Translations under genes and position numbers: made by a program | Shown: piece after piece, positions 21,657 through 32,134 of the stretch | Numbering within the stretch: the stretch's first letter is position 1 | Layout: every line of letters starts with the position of its first letter | Notes under the pieces: model-generated | What the model saw: the letters and a program-made list of their open reading frames with translations, nothing else | Database searches by the model: none | What the model was told of the DNA's origin: nothing | IMG/VR virus record: IMGVR_UViG_3300014206_000007 | Location: 64,001-128,000 of that record | Strand: one strand, 5' to 3' | From: a virus | Lineage: Duplodnaviria; Caudoviricetes | DNA length: 64,000 bases

Positions 21657-22250
21657 TTAATCTTCCAAAACGTAATCAGTCAATATAAATGTAATAAGAT
21701 CATATATATTGCCTTTATAGAAGTCGTATTCATTTTTAAATCCATATTCTTCATCATTTATTAGAATATTTCGTACTACTTTATTATCTGCATCTTTATA
21801 AGAATGAATCTCAATTGCTTCATTCTTATTAGCAAGTATAGTACGATAACGATTTTTGTTCATAATGAACCATTTAGAGAAATGGACAAAAAATATTGTT
21901 AAATAATATTCGCCAGTTCTCTCAATAGATATTCTTTCTGAAGTTTCGAAAAAGGTTCCGAATCCATTGATATCATTGTTATTAGTAAGTGGAAGTTTAT
22001 CTTTAACAATATAGATTTTATCATGTACTGTATTATTATCACCAATAAATCCACTTTCCATAAATCCAATACTGCTATTATCGGAAATATACAACTCATA
22101 TTTTCGAGTATTGTCATCATTCATATAAATCTTATTCTTGATAACATCTCTTTTTAAATCCAAGTTTAATTGAGTAGTGATATCATTTTCGATATCACCC
22201 TCATCTGCCACAAAAATCATATTTTTTATTACATCGGTAATTCTTTTCAT
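21657..22250 (-). CDS. hypothetical protein
   Basis: ORF with AAGGAG RBS. Confidence 0.6.
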   Translation of the reverse strand: MKRITDVIKNMIFVADEGDIENDITTQLNLDLKRDVIKNKIYMNDDNTRKYELYISDNSSIGFMESGFIGDNNTVHDKIYIVKDKLPLTNNNDINGFGTFFETSERISIERTGEYYLTIFFVHFSKWFIMNKNRYRTILANKNEAIEIHSYKDADNKVVRNILINDEEYGFKNEYDFYKGNIYDLITFILTDYVLED

Positions 22251-22271
22251 ACTTAATTCTCCTTATTAGTT

Positions 22272-24296
22272 TTATTTTGATTTTTTCAATTCATTAAATA
22301 AGTCTTCAATGTCAACTAGATCAACTATATCAATCCCTTTCTTTAATGCAGTCTTACATTTTGGTGAATTATGATTATAATCATTAGTGATAACAGCTAC
22401 AGTTTTTGAATTAATACTTTCAGATACATCATAAAATACCAAATTAAATCGTTTTGCTAAATCAGCATTACGAAATCCAGTGAATACTACATTTCCTTTA
22501 TAAATTTTATCAACCGAGATATTCATTTCTCGTATTAAAAAGTTGATAAGAGCTTTATTATTTTCGATAAAATCTATAAATACTTCTGCAGTTTTTATTC
22601 CAATATTATCGGCATCAAGTATTTTATGTCGAATTTTCTTCGAACTACTATCTTGAATGTCATCAATAGTAATATAATTAAAGATATTACGACATTTCTT
22701 TTCAGAGATATTTGGTATTCCCAAAGCTCCGAATAGTTGAGATACTGAAACTTCATCTCTTTTAAGTCTGTTAATTTCGCCAATTATATTATTCGCCGAT
22801 ACTTCTCCAAATCCTGATAATGGAGCAATATCATCTATAGTTAATTTAAATATATCTGGAATAGTTCTTATCATCTTATGCTCATATAAAATCTCTATAG
22901 TTCTATCAGATATATTCTCTACTCCCAATTTTGATAAAAAGTTTATTATTTTACCAGTTACCAATCTTGAACATTCTGGATTTATACATTTATATTCTAA
23001 TCCAAATCGTTCCAGTTTTTCTTCACAGTATGGACACACCTTTTTAATTTTAAGATATGGAGCATTTGCTTGATACATTCTTGGCTCAGGTAATTTAACT
23101 TGCGGAATAACATCTCCAGCTGAATATACTAATACAGTTTCACCTTCATGAATATCAAATCTTGCAAATTTATCAAATGAACTTAAAGATACATCAGAAA
23201 CAATAGTTTCATTAACTTCAACTGGATGAACTTTTAACATAGGAATTGCATTACCCAATCTACCAACTGATACATACCCATAATCTATTTGAGTAAATGC
23301 TTCATTTGTATTTACTTTATATGCAATTGAGTCTTGCATATAATCCATTTCGTTTAATTTTAATCCATATGGAAATAATACTACACCATCAACTCGAATT
23401 GGAAAATCTGCATTCCTCACAATAGCAAGCATATTAAATATTTCTTTTTCAAATTTTTTAAGATTATCTTTTTTATTTTCACCAATTTCAAAAGTTTTTA
23501 TTCCTGGTGGATTATACAAGAATTGCTCATTATGTTCACCATTAACATATAATAATGGAATAATAGTGATATATTTTGCATATTGTAAATTTTTTGGTGA
23601 ATTAACTATGCCTGTAGTTGCCGATCTTCGATTTGCATATTTCTTTTCTTCAATAAGTTTGTTAAAATCATATTGAGTAATTACCAATTCACATTTATAC
23701 CGACCATCACAACTATAATCTTCTCTGGACACATAAGGCCACCAATCTTCATCAATCATTTTGGCTCTTTTTACAACTTCAGTTATATCCTGCCCTTCAA
23801 AACCGTCACCACGAGTTACTCCGGATTCTATTTTACCATTAGCAATCGTTATTGCACCAGATACTCCATCAAATTTTGGTGCAATTCCCCATTTCCTAAT
23901 ACCTCTATATTTTTCTAAATAATCTGATAATTCTTCCATACTGTAAACCTTTTTAATACTTCCTACTAATCCAGGATATTCATGTTTTTTCATTTCCCAA
24001 GTGCTTCCAATTGATAATGAATCTGCATAAATGATTGGTTTACCGCCTAATAATAACCAAATGTTCATTATATCATCATATTGCTTATCTGATATTAGGA
24101 CATCTCCATCACTATATGCGTAGTAATCAAGACATAATCTAATTACACTTTCAAGATTTCCCATATCTAATATACTAGTATTTTTAGGGTTTGTTATATC
24201 TAATACATAATTTTGAATATCTTGTTTATATCGCGAAAGATTACCTATCGTAATATCTCGATTAATAAGACTTTTAAATATATATTTCGGTTCCAT
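22272..24296 (-). CDS. ligA: NAD-dependent DNA ligase
   Basis: KFDG adenylation motif, TRGDG, AGDVIP, CPYC..C..C zinc finger, HhH repeats, C-terminal BRCT-like VVFTG. Confidence 0.93.
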   Translation of the reverse strand: MEPKYIFKSLINRDITIGNLSRYKQDIQNYVLDITNPKNTSILDMGNLESVIRLCLDYYAYSDGDVLISDKQYDDIMNIWLLLGGKPIIYADSLSIGSTWEMKKHEYPGLVGSIKKVYSMEELSDYLEKYRGIRKWGIAPKFDGVSGAITIANGKIESGVTRGDGFEGQDITEVVKRAKMIDEDWWPYVSREDYSCDGRYKCELVITQYDFNKLIEEKKYANRRSATTGIVNSPKNLQYAKYITIIPLLYVNGEHNEQFLYNPPGIKTFEIGENKKDNLKKFEKEIFNMLAIVRNADFPIRVDGVVLFPYGLKLNEMDYMQDSIAYKVNTNEAFTQIDYGYVSVGRLGNAIPMLKVHPVEVNETIVSDVSLSSFDKFARFDIHEGETVLVYSAGDVIPQVKLPEPRMYQANAPYLKIKKVCPYCEEKLERFGLEYKCINPECSRLVTGKIINFLSKLGVENISDRTIEILYEHKMIRTIPDIFKLTIDDIAPLSGFGEVSANNIIGEINRLKRDEVSVSQLFGALGIPNISEKKCRNIFNYITIDDIQDSSSKKIRHKILDADNIGIKTAEVFIDFIENNKALINFLIREMNISVDKIYKGNVVFTGFRNADLAKRFNLVFYDVSESINSKTVAVITNDYNHNSPKCKTALKKGIDIVDLVDIEDLFNELKKSK

Positions 24297-24297
24297 T

Positions 24298-24828
24298 TTA
24301 ATCCTCTCTTTCTTTTTTTATAAATTTACATTCATAGTTTCTCCAAGTATCGATGCATTCTAAATTAAATAATAATATGCTTTCGCAATCCCATCCATTT
24401 AAGTTTGGATTTAAGAATATACTACTAGTATTATTACATCCAGCCTTTGTCAATTTGATTCCATCATAATCTTTACTCATTTCTTCAAAATTAACAAATT
24501 CATGATTTATACGAATATTCTCATATACAATTTTATATTTTTCTACAATATTTAAAAAATCATTATATGAGTCAATTATATATATTTTAGCATTATCTTT
24601 TAAAGTAAATATAATACTACATGGATTGGCCATTTCTTTTAGATGAGAATTACTCTCAAATACATCATTTTCGTAGATTAACCAATTAATCCAATCCGAT
24701 GAGTCATCAATAAATTCTGATGCCCATAATCCTCCATCGGGTTTACAAAATCCATACTCATTGATTATGTGAGAAAATTTACATTTGGATAAGTCTTTTT
24801 TATTTATTGAAATATATTTCATATTCAA
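24298..24828 (-). CDS. hypothetical protein, possible ART/RES-like fold
   Basis: KPDGGLWAS..NFEEMSKDYDGI..GWDCESILLFN pattern; fold assignment is tentative. Confidence 0.4.
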   Translation of the reverse strand: MNMKYISINKKDLSKCKFSHIINEYGFCKPDGGLWASEFIDDSSDWINWLIYENDVFESNSHLKEMANPCSIIFTLKDNAKIYIIDSYNDFLNIVEKYKIVYENIRINHEFVNFEEMSKDYDGIKLTKAGCNNTSSIFLNPNLNGWDCESILLFNLECIDTWRNYECKFIKKERED

Positions 24829-24949
24829 TTCCTCGCTTTATTTAATATCATATTATATAAATAATATATAAATATAATAATTTTGCTCATTACCTTATGA
24901 TAAAGAAAAAAAATGCATAATATCATATTATGCATTTTTATCGTCATTA

Positions 24950-25426
24950 TTATATTATTATTTTACTATACAAATCTACAATTTCCTCAAATTTGTTAGT
25001 GCTACTATCAAGATATTTATAGCCAGCATCTAGATACAATTGCACAGCTTCATCGGTTGGTATTAGCCAAACTTTAAATTCCATATAACCCATAGTCTTC
25101 AGCATATTCTCTATCAGATCTATGCAGTTTCTATAGTAGCTTTGAACTAAAGTTTTTGTGTTATTTGCCACGAATTCTGGATGGAAATCAATTTGATATA
25201 GAACTTCTGCTTCAAATGATGTTTGATAGAAGAATGTTCCAACACAAGTATGCCCATTCATTATTACTAAGGTGTGGTCATCACAAGCATGTTTTAATGG
25301 ATCTGAAAAATAATTATTTCCTTTTATACATTGTAAAACGTATTGAACTTTTTTATCCATCTTTTTAACAGCTTCCTCACTTGTATTCTTATACTGGTAT
25401 CTCCCGAATAATACTTTTAAATTCAT
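24950..25426 (-). CDS. putative GNAT-fold protein
   Basis: C-terminal EAVQLYLDAGY resembles GNAT motif B. Confidence 0.4.
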   Translation of the reverse strand: MNLKVLFGRYQYKNTSEEAVKKMDKKVQYVLQCIKGNNYFSDPLKHACDDHTLVIMNGHTCVGTFFYQTSFEAEVLYQIDFHPEFVANNTKTLVQSYYRNCIDLIENMLKTMGYMEFKVWLIPTDEAVQLYLDAGYKYLDSSTNKFEEIVDLYSKIII

Positions 25427-25449
25427 AATGATCCTCCCGATCTTTTTTA

Positions 25450-25734
25450 TTATTGAAATAATTGAAGTCGATACACATCTTCTTCATTATCATCACTGGT
25501 TTGAGATGGAATATAGAGCATATGCCAATTATTTATTCCCTCAAATTGATGCACCTCAATATCATCTACTGAAACATTGTCTTCTTCTGCAAGCGAAATT
25601 AATATTTCATTAACTGATTTATCGAAGTATCTACTTAAATATTTTTCATCACCGTCTGGGTATATTAAATATAAATCCCATGAACGTTTTTCGTCAAAAT
25701 TAATAATGTCTTCTGTCTCATTCAATTCTAGCAA
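25450..25734 (-). CDS. small highly acidic protein, paralog of 25735-26082
   Basis: shares SWDL, SRY.D, EE.NVS.DDI and NW..LY.PS with its neighbour. Confidence 0.6.
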   Translation of the reverse strand: MLELNETEDIINFDEKRSWDLYLIYPDGDEKYLSRYFDKSVNEILISLAEEDNVSVDDIEVHQFEGINNWHMLYIPSQTSDDNEEDVYRLQLFQ

Positions 25735-26082
25735 TTATTTTATCTCCTTTATTTTAATAAGTAGATATGCATCTTGTCTGTTTGGATTTTCGCTTGGAGC
25801 ATACAAATATACCCAATTATCAAGATCGTTTTCTTTTTTAATTGTAATATCATCAATTGAAACATTAATCTCTTCAGTAATTAATCTAATCATATCATCA
25901 AATGTAATATCTAAATATCTCGATACTTGTTTTGTTGGTTGCATCATTTCATTAAAACTTCCAGAATGATGATTGAGTGTCTCAATATCTTTTCTGTTTT
26001 TTGGGCATAATAAAAATAAATCCCATGAGCACTTTTCTACTGGTTCAGTTGTAATTTTTACGTTTTCATTTAAATTGTCCAT
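25735..26082 (-). CDS. small acidic protein, paralog of 25450-25734
   Basis: colinear similarity to the adjacent ORF; early motif at 26124-26133. Confidence 0.65.
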   Translation of the reverse strand: MDNLNENVKITTEPVEKCSWDLFLLCPKNRKDIETLNHHSGSFNEMMQPTKQVSRYLDITFDDMIRLITEEINVSIDDITIKKENDLDNWVYLYAPSENPNRQDAYLLIKIKEIK

Positions 26083-26230
26083 TTAACCATACCTCTCTTT
26101 TATTTTTTATTATATGTATTTATATAATATATATTTGTAGTTTATAATTAATATAAATAATTGCCTTGATTTCGTGGAGGAAAATAAATAAATATAGTAG
26201 AGTTTAATCTGCTATATTTATTTATTTAAT

Positions 26231-28960
26231 TTATCTAATTGGACATATTCCACTAGAGCAATCACTACTATCTACTTGATGCTCTTCGTGAGATTCATAT
26301 TTCTGTAATAATGATGGTATAAATGGTTTCATCTTATTAATATTTTCTTCATATTCTTCTTTAGTGATAGATTCATACGGCATTAGCTGATAAAAACTAT
26401 CATCTAGTGATAAGAATGATAAAGCAACTTGTTTATCCCAATTATTCCATACCCATTCTTCAACATCATCCCATTCATTTTCTCTTACATGAACGGTAAT
26501 TGATGCATTGTGTTCAACATACTCTTCCATAAATAATCTATAATTTTCTAGTTGCTCAATAGCACTAACATCATATTTTGTTCGTCCTTCAGGAGCTTTA
26601 CAATAGAAATCGATTACTTTTGTATTACAAGTAGATGCATTTTGACCTACTTCACAATTGATAGTCCAGTTTAGTTCTTCAGCCACTTTAACTAAAGGAT
26701 CATGTGCGTTAATTCTAACTCTTCTAATAAAATATGGAGAGTGTGAATAGTGAATACCACTTGATACTCCTGATAACTGTGACAAAGTTCCTTCTGGTTT
26801 AACTGTAGTTACCGCATCAGGATAATCTTGAATTCCTAACTCGTCGCAATAACTATTAATTGCATCTCTAGCTTCTTTCTTTAATAAGGATAATAATTCT
26901 CGTTGATCATCTACTGTATAATCTAATGCATTAACTAAATCTTGCCATCCTGTTAATGAGCATCCTACAATATGATCTCTCTTTTGAACTTTATTCCATT
27001 CATATAATTCTAATTCTATTTGAGTCATTCTAAATGATGCCCTAGCAGATAATCTTTGAGCTCTTAATAATGCATTCAAATCCAATACATGGTCTTTTAC
27101 GAACCCCATAACATTCACTGTTACAAGATTACATAATCCATGATTATCAAGAAGTATTTCACCGCAGTTATGAGCAATCACACCTTCTACTATTCCCCAA
27201 TGAGTTAATGGCTCAGTAAAATCATATACTTTTTCAATTTTTCCAGTGCTCACTACATCAGTTACTATTGCAGTAAAATCATAGTTTTTATTAATTAGAT
27301 CAGGCATTAATTCTTTTCCTTTTAAATCGATTGCTTTTACTTCATTACCATTTATATCCATAAATATATGATCTTTGGTACAAAATATTGAACGATTTTT
27401 ATTAATTTTTATTTCATATATTTCTTTTTTTCCGCTACACCATACTTTGCTAAGAGAATTATCTCCATTTTTATTAATGATTTCGATTTCTTTATCACAA
27501 ATTTCTTCAAATGTTTTATATCCATTGACGGTTAGAAGTTTCATATCTCCTCTAAAACAAGGATTTACGCCATTCATATTCTTTCTACGTTTTCTAGCAG
27601 CTTCGGCATTAACCCATCCAGGTTCACCTGAATATCTCATTTTCTCAAGTTGCCAATGAAGTTGTTCTCTAGTAGGTTTATGCTCATAGAATATACTATT
27701 ATTACTCATGCTTCTATGTAATAATAACGGATTCGACACCCATTCACCATCTTTTAAAATATAAAGATTATCTTTCGCTTCAACTGCTTCCTTATCATCC
27801 CAATCGATTAATCCTATTAATGCGGTCCTTCTCACCCCACCAACAACTACATTTTCTCCAATAATAGTTGCAATATCAAGACAATCTATTGGCTGTAATT
27901 TAATTCGTTCAGTTAATGTTGAATAACCTTGAATTATCTTATTTATTTTTACAAACATGTTTTTTATACTTGAATGACCTGATGCAGTACCTCCAAATGT
28001 TTTAAGAGGTTCTCCTTTTGGTCTTACCATATCGTAATTTATAATTAAATTTTTGATATTTTTATAATCACTATCAGTAATGATTTTGAAATAATATTCT
28101 AGCCCTTGAACCCAGCCAGCTTTACTATCACCAATCTCTAAAGTAACAGTTTCATTATCTTGATAAGTTAAAGAAGTATTATCTTTTCTTTCATTTTTTG
28201 CTTTTGGGTAATAATCATCATGAAATAATTTTAAATTTGTCCTTACTTTTGGTAGATTCTCAACATCAGATTTTAGTATTCTAAAACCGACACCAGCACC
28301 AACGAGGCACAAATAAAATATATCTTTAAAAGCATTAAATGAATCTATTATGTTGAATGTACAGTTAAAGTTTCCAGTAGGGAAATCAACTGCTACTTTA
28401 GTTCCACCAACCCAAAAAGTTCTACCTGATAAATACTGTTTTAGATTAAATATGTTATCGTATAATTCTTGAGCTTCCTGTCTTGAAGTATTGGCTAATC
28501 CGCAATTATATTCGACTGCTCTCCTTACAGTTTCCCACCAATTCTCTCTTCTATTTTCCTTTTCCATCCATCTGGAATATGTTCTATAATAAACAAAGGA
28601 CCCTAATTGATCCATTGGATTTGGCAAATGTTTATATTTTGATATAAATTCATCATCTAATAAATTAAATCTTCTATCTTTTATATTTCTTTTCTTATTT
28701 CTTTCATATCTATAAATAATATAAGTTTTGGCTACATCTTTTCTATTAGATTCCATTAACTTATTTTCAACCATATCTTGTATCTCTTCTACGGATACAT
28801 TTGAGTTTAGCTTAGTAGCTATATCTGCAGATATCTCATCTGCTAATTGTATGTCTACACCTTCTTTAGTTTCAGACATTGCTTTCATTATTACATTTTT
28901 AATTTTTTCTTGGTCGAAGTTAACTATGCGACCATCCCTTTTAACTACTTTAATTGACAT
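26231..28960 (-). CDS. nrdJ: class II (adenosylcobalamin-dependent) ribonucleotide reductase with ATP cone and intein
   Basis: ATP cone VVKRDG, YYRTYSR, NFNC, VVGGVRRTA, NP[intein]CGEI, TTVKPEGT, C-terminal CSSGICPIR. Confidence 0.92.
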   Translation of the reverse strand: MSIKVVKRDGRIVNFDQEKIKNVIMKAMSETKEGVDIQLADEISADIATKLNSNVSVEEIQDMVENKLMESNRKDVAKTYIIYRYERNKKRNIKDRRFNLLDDEFISKYKHLPNPMDQLGSFVYYRTYSRWMEKENRRENWWETVRRAVEYNCGLANTSRQEAQELYDNIFNLKQYLSGRTFWVGGTKVAVDFPTGNFNCTFNIIDSFNAFKDIFYLCLVGAGVGFRILKSDVENLPKVRTNLKLFHDDYYPKAKNERKDNTSLTYQDNETVTLEIGDSKAGWVQGLEYYFKIITDSDYKNIKNLIINYDMVRPKGEPLKTFGGTASGHSSIKNMFVKINKIIQGYSTLTERIKLQPIDCLDIATIIGENVVVGGVRRTALIGLIDWDDKEAVEAKDNLYILKDGEWVSNPLLLHRSMSNNSIFYEHKPTREQLHWQLEKMRYSGEPGWVNAEAARKRRKNMNGVNPCFRGDMKLLTVNGYKTFEEICDKEIEIINKNGDNSLSKVWCSGKKEIYEIKINKNRSIFCTKDHIFMDINGNEVKAIDLKGKELMPDLINKNYDFTAIVTDVVSTGKIEKVYDFTEPLTHWGIVEGVIAHNCGEILLDNHGLCNLVTVNVMGFVKDHVLDLNALLRAQRLSARASFRMTQIELELYEWNKVQKRDHIVGCSLTGWQDLVNALDYTVDDQRELLSLLKKEARDAINSYCDELGIQDYPDAVTTVKPEGTLSQLSGVSSGIHYSHSPYFIRRVRINAHDPLVKVAEELNWTINCEVGQNASTCNTKVIDFYCKAPEGRTKYDVSAIEQLENYRLFMEEYVEHNASITVHVRENEWDDVEEWVWNNWDKQVALSFLSLDDSFYQLMPYESITKEEYEENINKMKPFIPSLLQKYESHEEHQVDSSDCSSGICPIR
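27167..27559 (-). mobile_element. 131-aa mini-intein in RNR
   Basis: starts CFRGD, block B TKDH, block F VYDF, ends HN followed by C+1; no endonuclease domain. Confidence 0.9.
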
Positions 28961-29126
28961 AAAATATATTCCTCCTAATAAATAAAAATTGTTATTTCAG
29001 TATAATTATAATGATAAAATATAAAAAAAATATTTTATCATTGCACGATTAAATCCTTGTTTTTTAACAAAGGTAAAATAAAACTGGGTTATGAGTAGTA
29101 AAAACACTCATAACCCATGTTAATTA

Positions 29127-30770
29127 TTATTTTATTTCAATTAATTTTATTAGCTCAATCATTTTTGCAATAGATTGGCCATATGAATTTCCTGGTACTG
29201 CCCATCCGATATTTACTCCATAAATCTTATTCTTCGGATTTTCTCCAGCACCTAACCATTCAAGATATGGTGCCCATCCTCTAGTAACATATGTGAATCT
29301 CGGATCTAATAATTCATTATGACATATTGATGTAGAATTTGCATATGCTTTTAAATGTTGTATTTGAGCCATAGCTCCATCAAACGCAGATTCGAAAGTT
29401 GCTCCTCTAGCACCATCATTAGTTGCTCCTAATCCAGAGAAGTTATTTTGATCCCATTGAACTTGACCGCCATATTTAAAGAATCCAGTCTCGTGAATAC
29501 TTTGGCATATTGCAATATCCCATCTTATATTCTCTAAAAATCCTGCTTGCATGAAGCTATAAACTAATTCTTCTACTGAGCAGGTTAATTTAAAGTTTGG
29601 ATTATTTGACTTGATAAACTTAACAACTTGCTGAGGTGTTACTACTGCGAAATTTTGTTCACTCATAGTTAATGGTGTTAATTTCGAAGTATCTAACTCT
29701 GCAACTAATTGCTCTTTAGTTTTTTCAGGTATTTTATTTGTATTAGGATTAATCCACCATCCTGGCGCATCTCCTTCTGGATCGGATGTAATATTTATTG
29801 CTCCATTTGAAAATTTTCTAAATACTAAATAATTCCCAACTGGGATTGTCGATACAGAATTCGTTCCATTTATTGCATCACTAGCAGTTTTATACCCTAA
29901 TATTGGCGTAATTACATTGAAACTTTCTACAATAACTACTGGTTTTATATTGGTAAGTGGGTTTACCCACGCCCCTGGTATTTTTCCAGTTTCATCTTGA
30001 GTAATATTTATTGCCCCATTTGTATATTCTCTAAAAATATAATATTTTCCTTTTTCAACTTCACAAGCAGGATTATTATTTCCCATTGCATCAATAGCAG
30101 TTGAATATCCTTTTATATTAGTAAATACTTCATATGGTGCAACTAATACTTTATCTTTAAAATAATCATATAGAAGACCAGCTTCATATTTTGCTAGTTC
30201 TTTTAGATTTGGCACATCGTTTAAGTACATACATTCTTTTAGATTTGTATGGAAGCCATGTTCAATGATGAAAGAATATTCAACATATTCATCACTCATT
30301 ACTGAATTTCTAATGACTCCATAATAATCCTGTTCTACTCCTTTATTATCAGTATAACGTTTAGTTACACATCCTCTAAACTGAGTAACTCCAGTATCAA
30401 GTTTCATAAATTCTGCAATACCTTTTCCAAGTATTTCTCCCAATTCTTGGCTCTCAGGTCTCTTAATTGATCTAAATACTGATACTCCAATAGCATTTGA
30501 GGTACTAAATGCATCTGAATGTAACGATATAAAAATATCACTTTTATTTTCGATTGCAATTTGTCCTCTTCTTGGAAGACTTAAATCTTCCATAATATCT
30601 TTTCTAGTAATACCGACATTAAATAAGCCAGTCTTTTCTAATTCTAATTTTAAATATTGAGCGAAATAATACATTTTAGTTCCTTCTGCATAAGAAACCA
30701 CAATTCCTTTATTATAACCATATACATGACCTGGGTCAAGTGTTATATTAAACTTATTCATTATTATCAT
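29127..30770 (-). CDS. modular endolysin: Amidase_3, two repeats, GH73-type glucosaminidase
   Basis: LDPGH..E..SLHSDA..IIEHGFH amidase motifs; duplicated GY.TA.DA..G.Y..FR...NGAINIT...PG.W.NP; QSIHETG..QNNFSGLG..QHLKAYA..DPRF. Confidence 0.85.
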   Translation of the reverse strand: MIIMNKFNITLDPGHVYGYNKGIVVSYAEGTKMYYFAQYLKLELEKTGLFNVGITRKDIMEDLSLPRRGQIAIENKSDIFISLHSDAFSTSNAIGVSVFRSIKRPESQELGEILGKGIAEFMKLDTGVTQFRGCVTKRYTDNKGVEQDYYGVIRNSVMSDEYVEYSFIIEHGFHTNLKECMYLNDVPNLKELAKYEAGLLYDYFKDKVLVAPYEVFTNIKGYSTAIDAMGNNNPACEVEKGKYYIFREYTNGAINITQDETGKIPGAWVNPLTNIKPVVIVESFNVITPILGYKTASDAINGTNSVSTIPVGNYLVFRKFSNGAINITSDPEGDAPGWWINPNTNKIPEKTKEQLVAELDTSKLTPLTMSEQNFAVVTPQQVVKFIKSNNPNFKLTCSVEELVYSFMQAGFLENIRWDIAICQSIHETGFFKYGGQVQWDQNNFSGLGATNDGARGATFESAFDGAMAQIQHLKAYANSTSICHNELLDPRFTYVTRGWAPYLEWLGAGENPKNKIYGVNIGWAVPGNSYGQSIAKMIELIKLIEIK

Positions 30771-30781
30771 CCTCCCATAAA

Positions 30782-30934
30782 CTATTTAAAAAAATTCTTA
30801 ACTTTATCCATCACGGATATCTTTTTATCTTCAGATTTAGTTGTTGATTCATCTATCATGTCTTCTTCGTTGGTGTAATTTTCGTCGATTAAAATCCCAT
30901 TTTCGTCATATAGTGCTAATTTTTCATCTTCCAT
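30782..30934 (-). CDS. 50-aa acidic peptide upstream of the lysin (not in the ORF track)
   Basis: AAGGAGGT RBS, MEDEKLALYDENG...KNFFK*. Confidence 0.55.
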   Translation of the reverse strand: MEDEKLALYDENGILIDENYTNEEDMIDESTTKSEDKKISVMDKVKNFFK

Positions 30935-31041
30935 TTTAAATTACCTCCTTTTATAAGTATAATATATAGGTGTTATTTAACCAATAGCATAATAATTATA
31001 TTAGATTTCTGAAGAAATAATTAAAAATATTTCTAATAATA

Positions 31042-31458
31042 TTATTTTAATATATAATGTGGCTTTTCCTCATCAAATAACCAATATCGTAAATAATCAT
31101 CTAATATTATTGCCATTGCTGATAAGAAAAACCATGCAATACTAAATTGTAAACACACTTGACCTAAAATATTAAATGGTAAATTGCTATAATCCCAAAT
31201 ATTTAATTTAAATATTATATTTAAAATTAAACCAAAATTAAATTCCAATATAGTTACTATTCCAGTGGAAATTAATTGCTGTTTCCATAATGGAACCATA
31301 TAAGTTAAGAATTCATTTATTAACCCAATTAATAAAAAACAAAGTCCGCCGAGTATAAACATAGAAATATGTGAATATTCTCTCCATATTATTTCAATTA
31401 TATAATATATTAATCCTCCTATTGAAAATAAAATAAATAATTTAATAAATTGCTTCAT
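31042..31458 (-). CDS. multi-pass membrane protein (CmpB/ABC-transporter-like family often found near phage tail genes)
   Basis: four hydrophobic segments, GG..Y..IE..WR..SH.SM, WDYSNLPFNILGQVC. Confidence 0.65.
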   Translation of the reverse strand: MKQFIKLFILFSIGGLIYYIIEIIWREYSHISMFILGGLCFLLIGLINEFLTYMVPLWKQQLISTGIVTILEFNFGLILNIIFKLNIWDYSNLPFNILGQVCLQFSIAWFFLSAMAIILDDYLRYWLFDEEKPHYILK

Positions 31459-31522
31459 ATTTTATTTCACCTCTATTCTTTTTAATTTATTTAAATGTTT
31501 TTTATATATCCATAATTGAATT

Positions 31523-31568
31523 TAAAGTATAATAAGAAAGAATTTAAATTCTTTCTTATTATACTTTA
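31523..31568. repeat. 46-bp perfect palindrome closing the DGR unit
   Basis: taaagtataataagaaagaattt|aaattctttcttattatacttta. Confidence 0.9.
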
Positions 31569-31573
31569 TTTTT

Positions 31574-32134
31574 TTACCAATTAACATTATCAAGTTCTTC
31601 AATTGTATCCACATCATCAACTTGTTTTGTTAAAGATTTGTATTTATTTATTTTTTCAGTTTTAAAGATAGTTGCCTCTTTGCAGAGTTGGATAAATTCT
31701 TCAAGTGTATAATCAACACATTGTTCTCCTTTTGGATAATACTCAATTATTATGGGATTTTGAATCCCTAATTGAGTATTAAATGATAATTCATTTAATA
31801 AACCCATCATATTTATTTGATTTTCTAATTGCATATCATATAATTTTGGTTCATTAAATTTGACTGTCGATATAAACCCAGCAACTATTTCATTATTACA
31901 GATTCTACTTAATTCTTTAATTTTATCTAATTTAGCAGCTAATAATTCTTGTTTTAATCTTTCATTCTCAAGATTAGATGAATCTATAATATCTAAGTCT
32001 CTAACTTCCAATTCAATATATAAATGGTCACCCATATCAATGGGTTCTTTTTCTATTATATATTGAGTTTCCTGATTGTAATTAGGCAATGGCCCATATT
32101 TCTTCAATTTTTCCATATGATTTGGCATATTCAC
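31574..32134 (-). CDS. tail-fibre-associated/chaperone-like protein (DUF4376-like)
   Basis: K..KIKELS..CN.EI..GF..Y....ENQIN..Y..EEF..L..KY..L..TIEELDNVNW; overlaps the RT 3' end by 53 nt. Confidence 0.6.
   Translation of the reverse strand: MNMPNHMEKLKKYGPLPNYNQETQYIIEKEPIDMGDHLYIELEVRDLDIIDSSNLENERLKQELLAAKLDKIKELSRICNNEIVAGFISTVKFNEPKLYDMQLENQINMMGLLNELSFNTQLGIQNPIIIEYYPKGEQCVDYTLEEFIQLCKEATIFKTEKINKYKSLTKQVDDVDTIEELDNVNW

Noticed and set aside
31042-31458. Holin call for the membrane protein upstream of the lysin
   Set aside because: Position fits, but the sequence resembles a CmpB-like family rather than a holin I recognise
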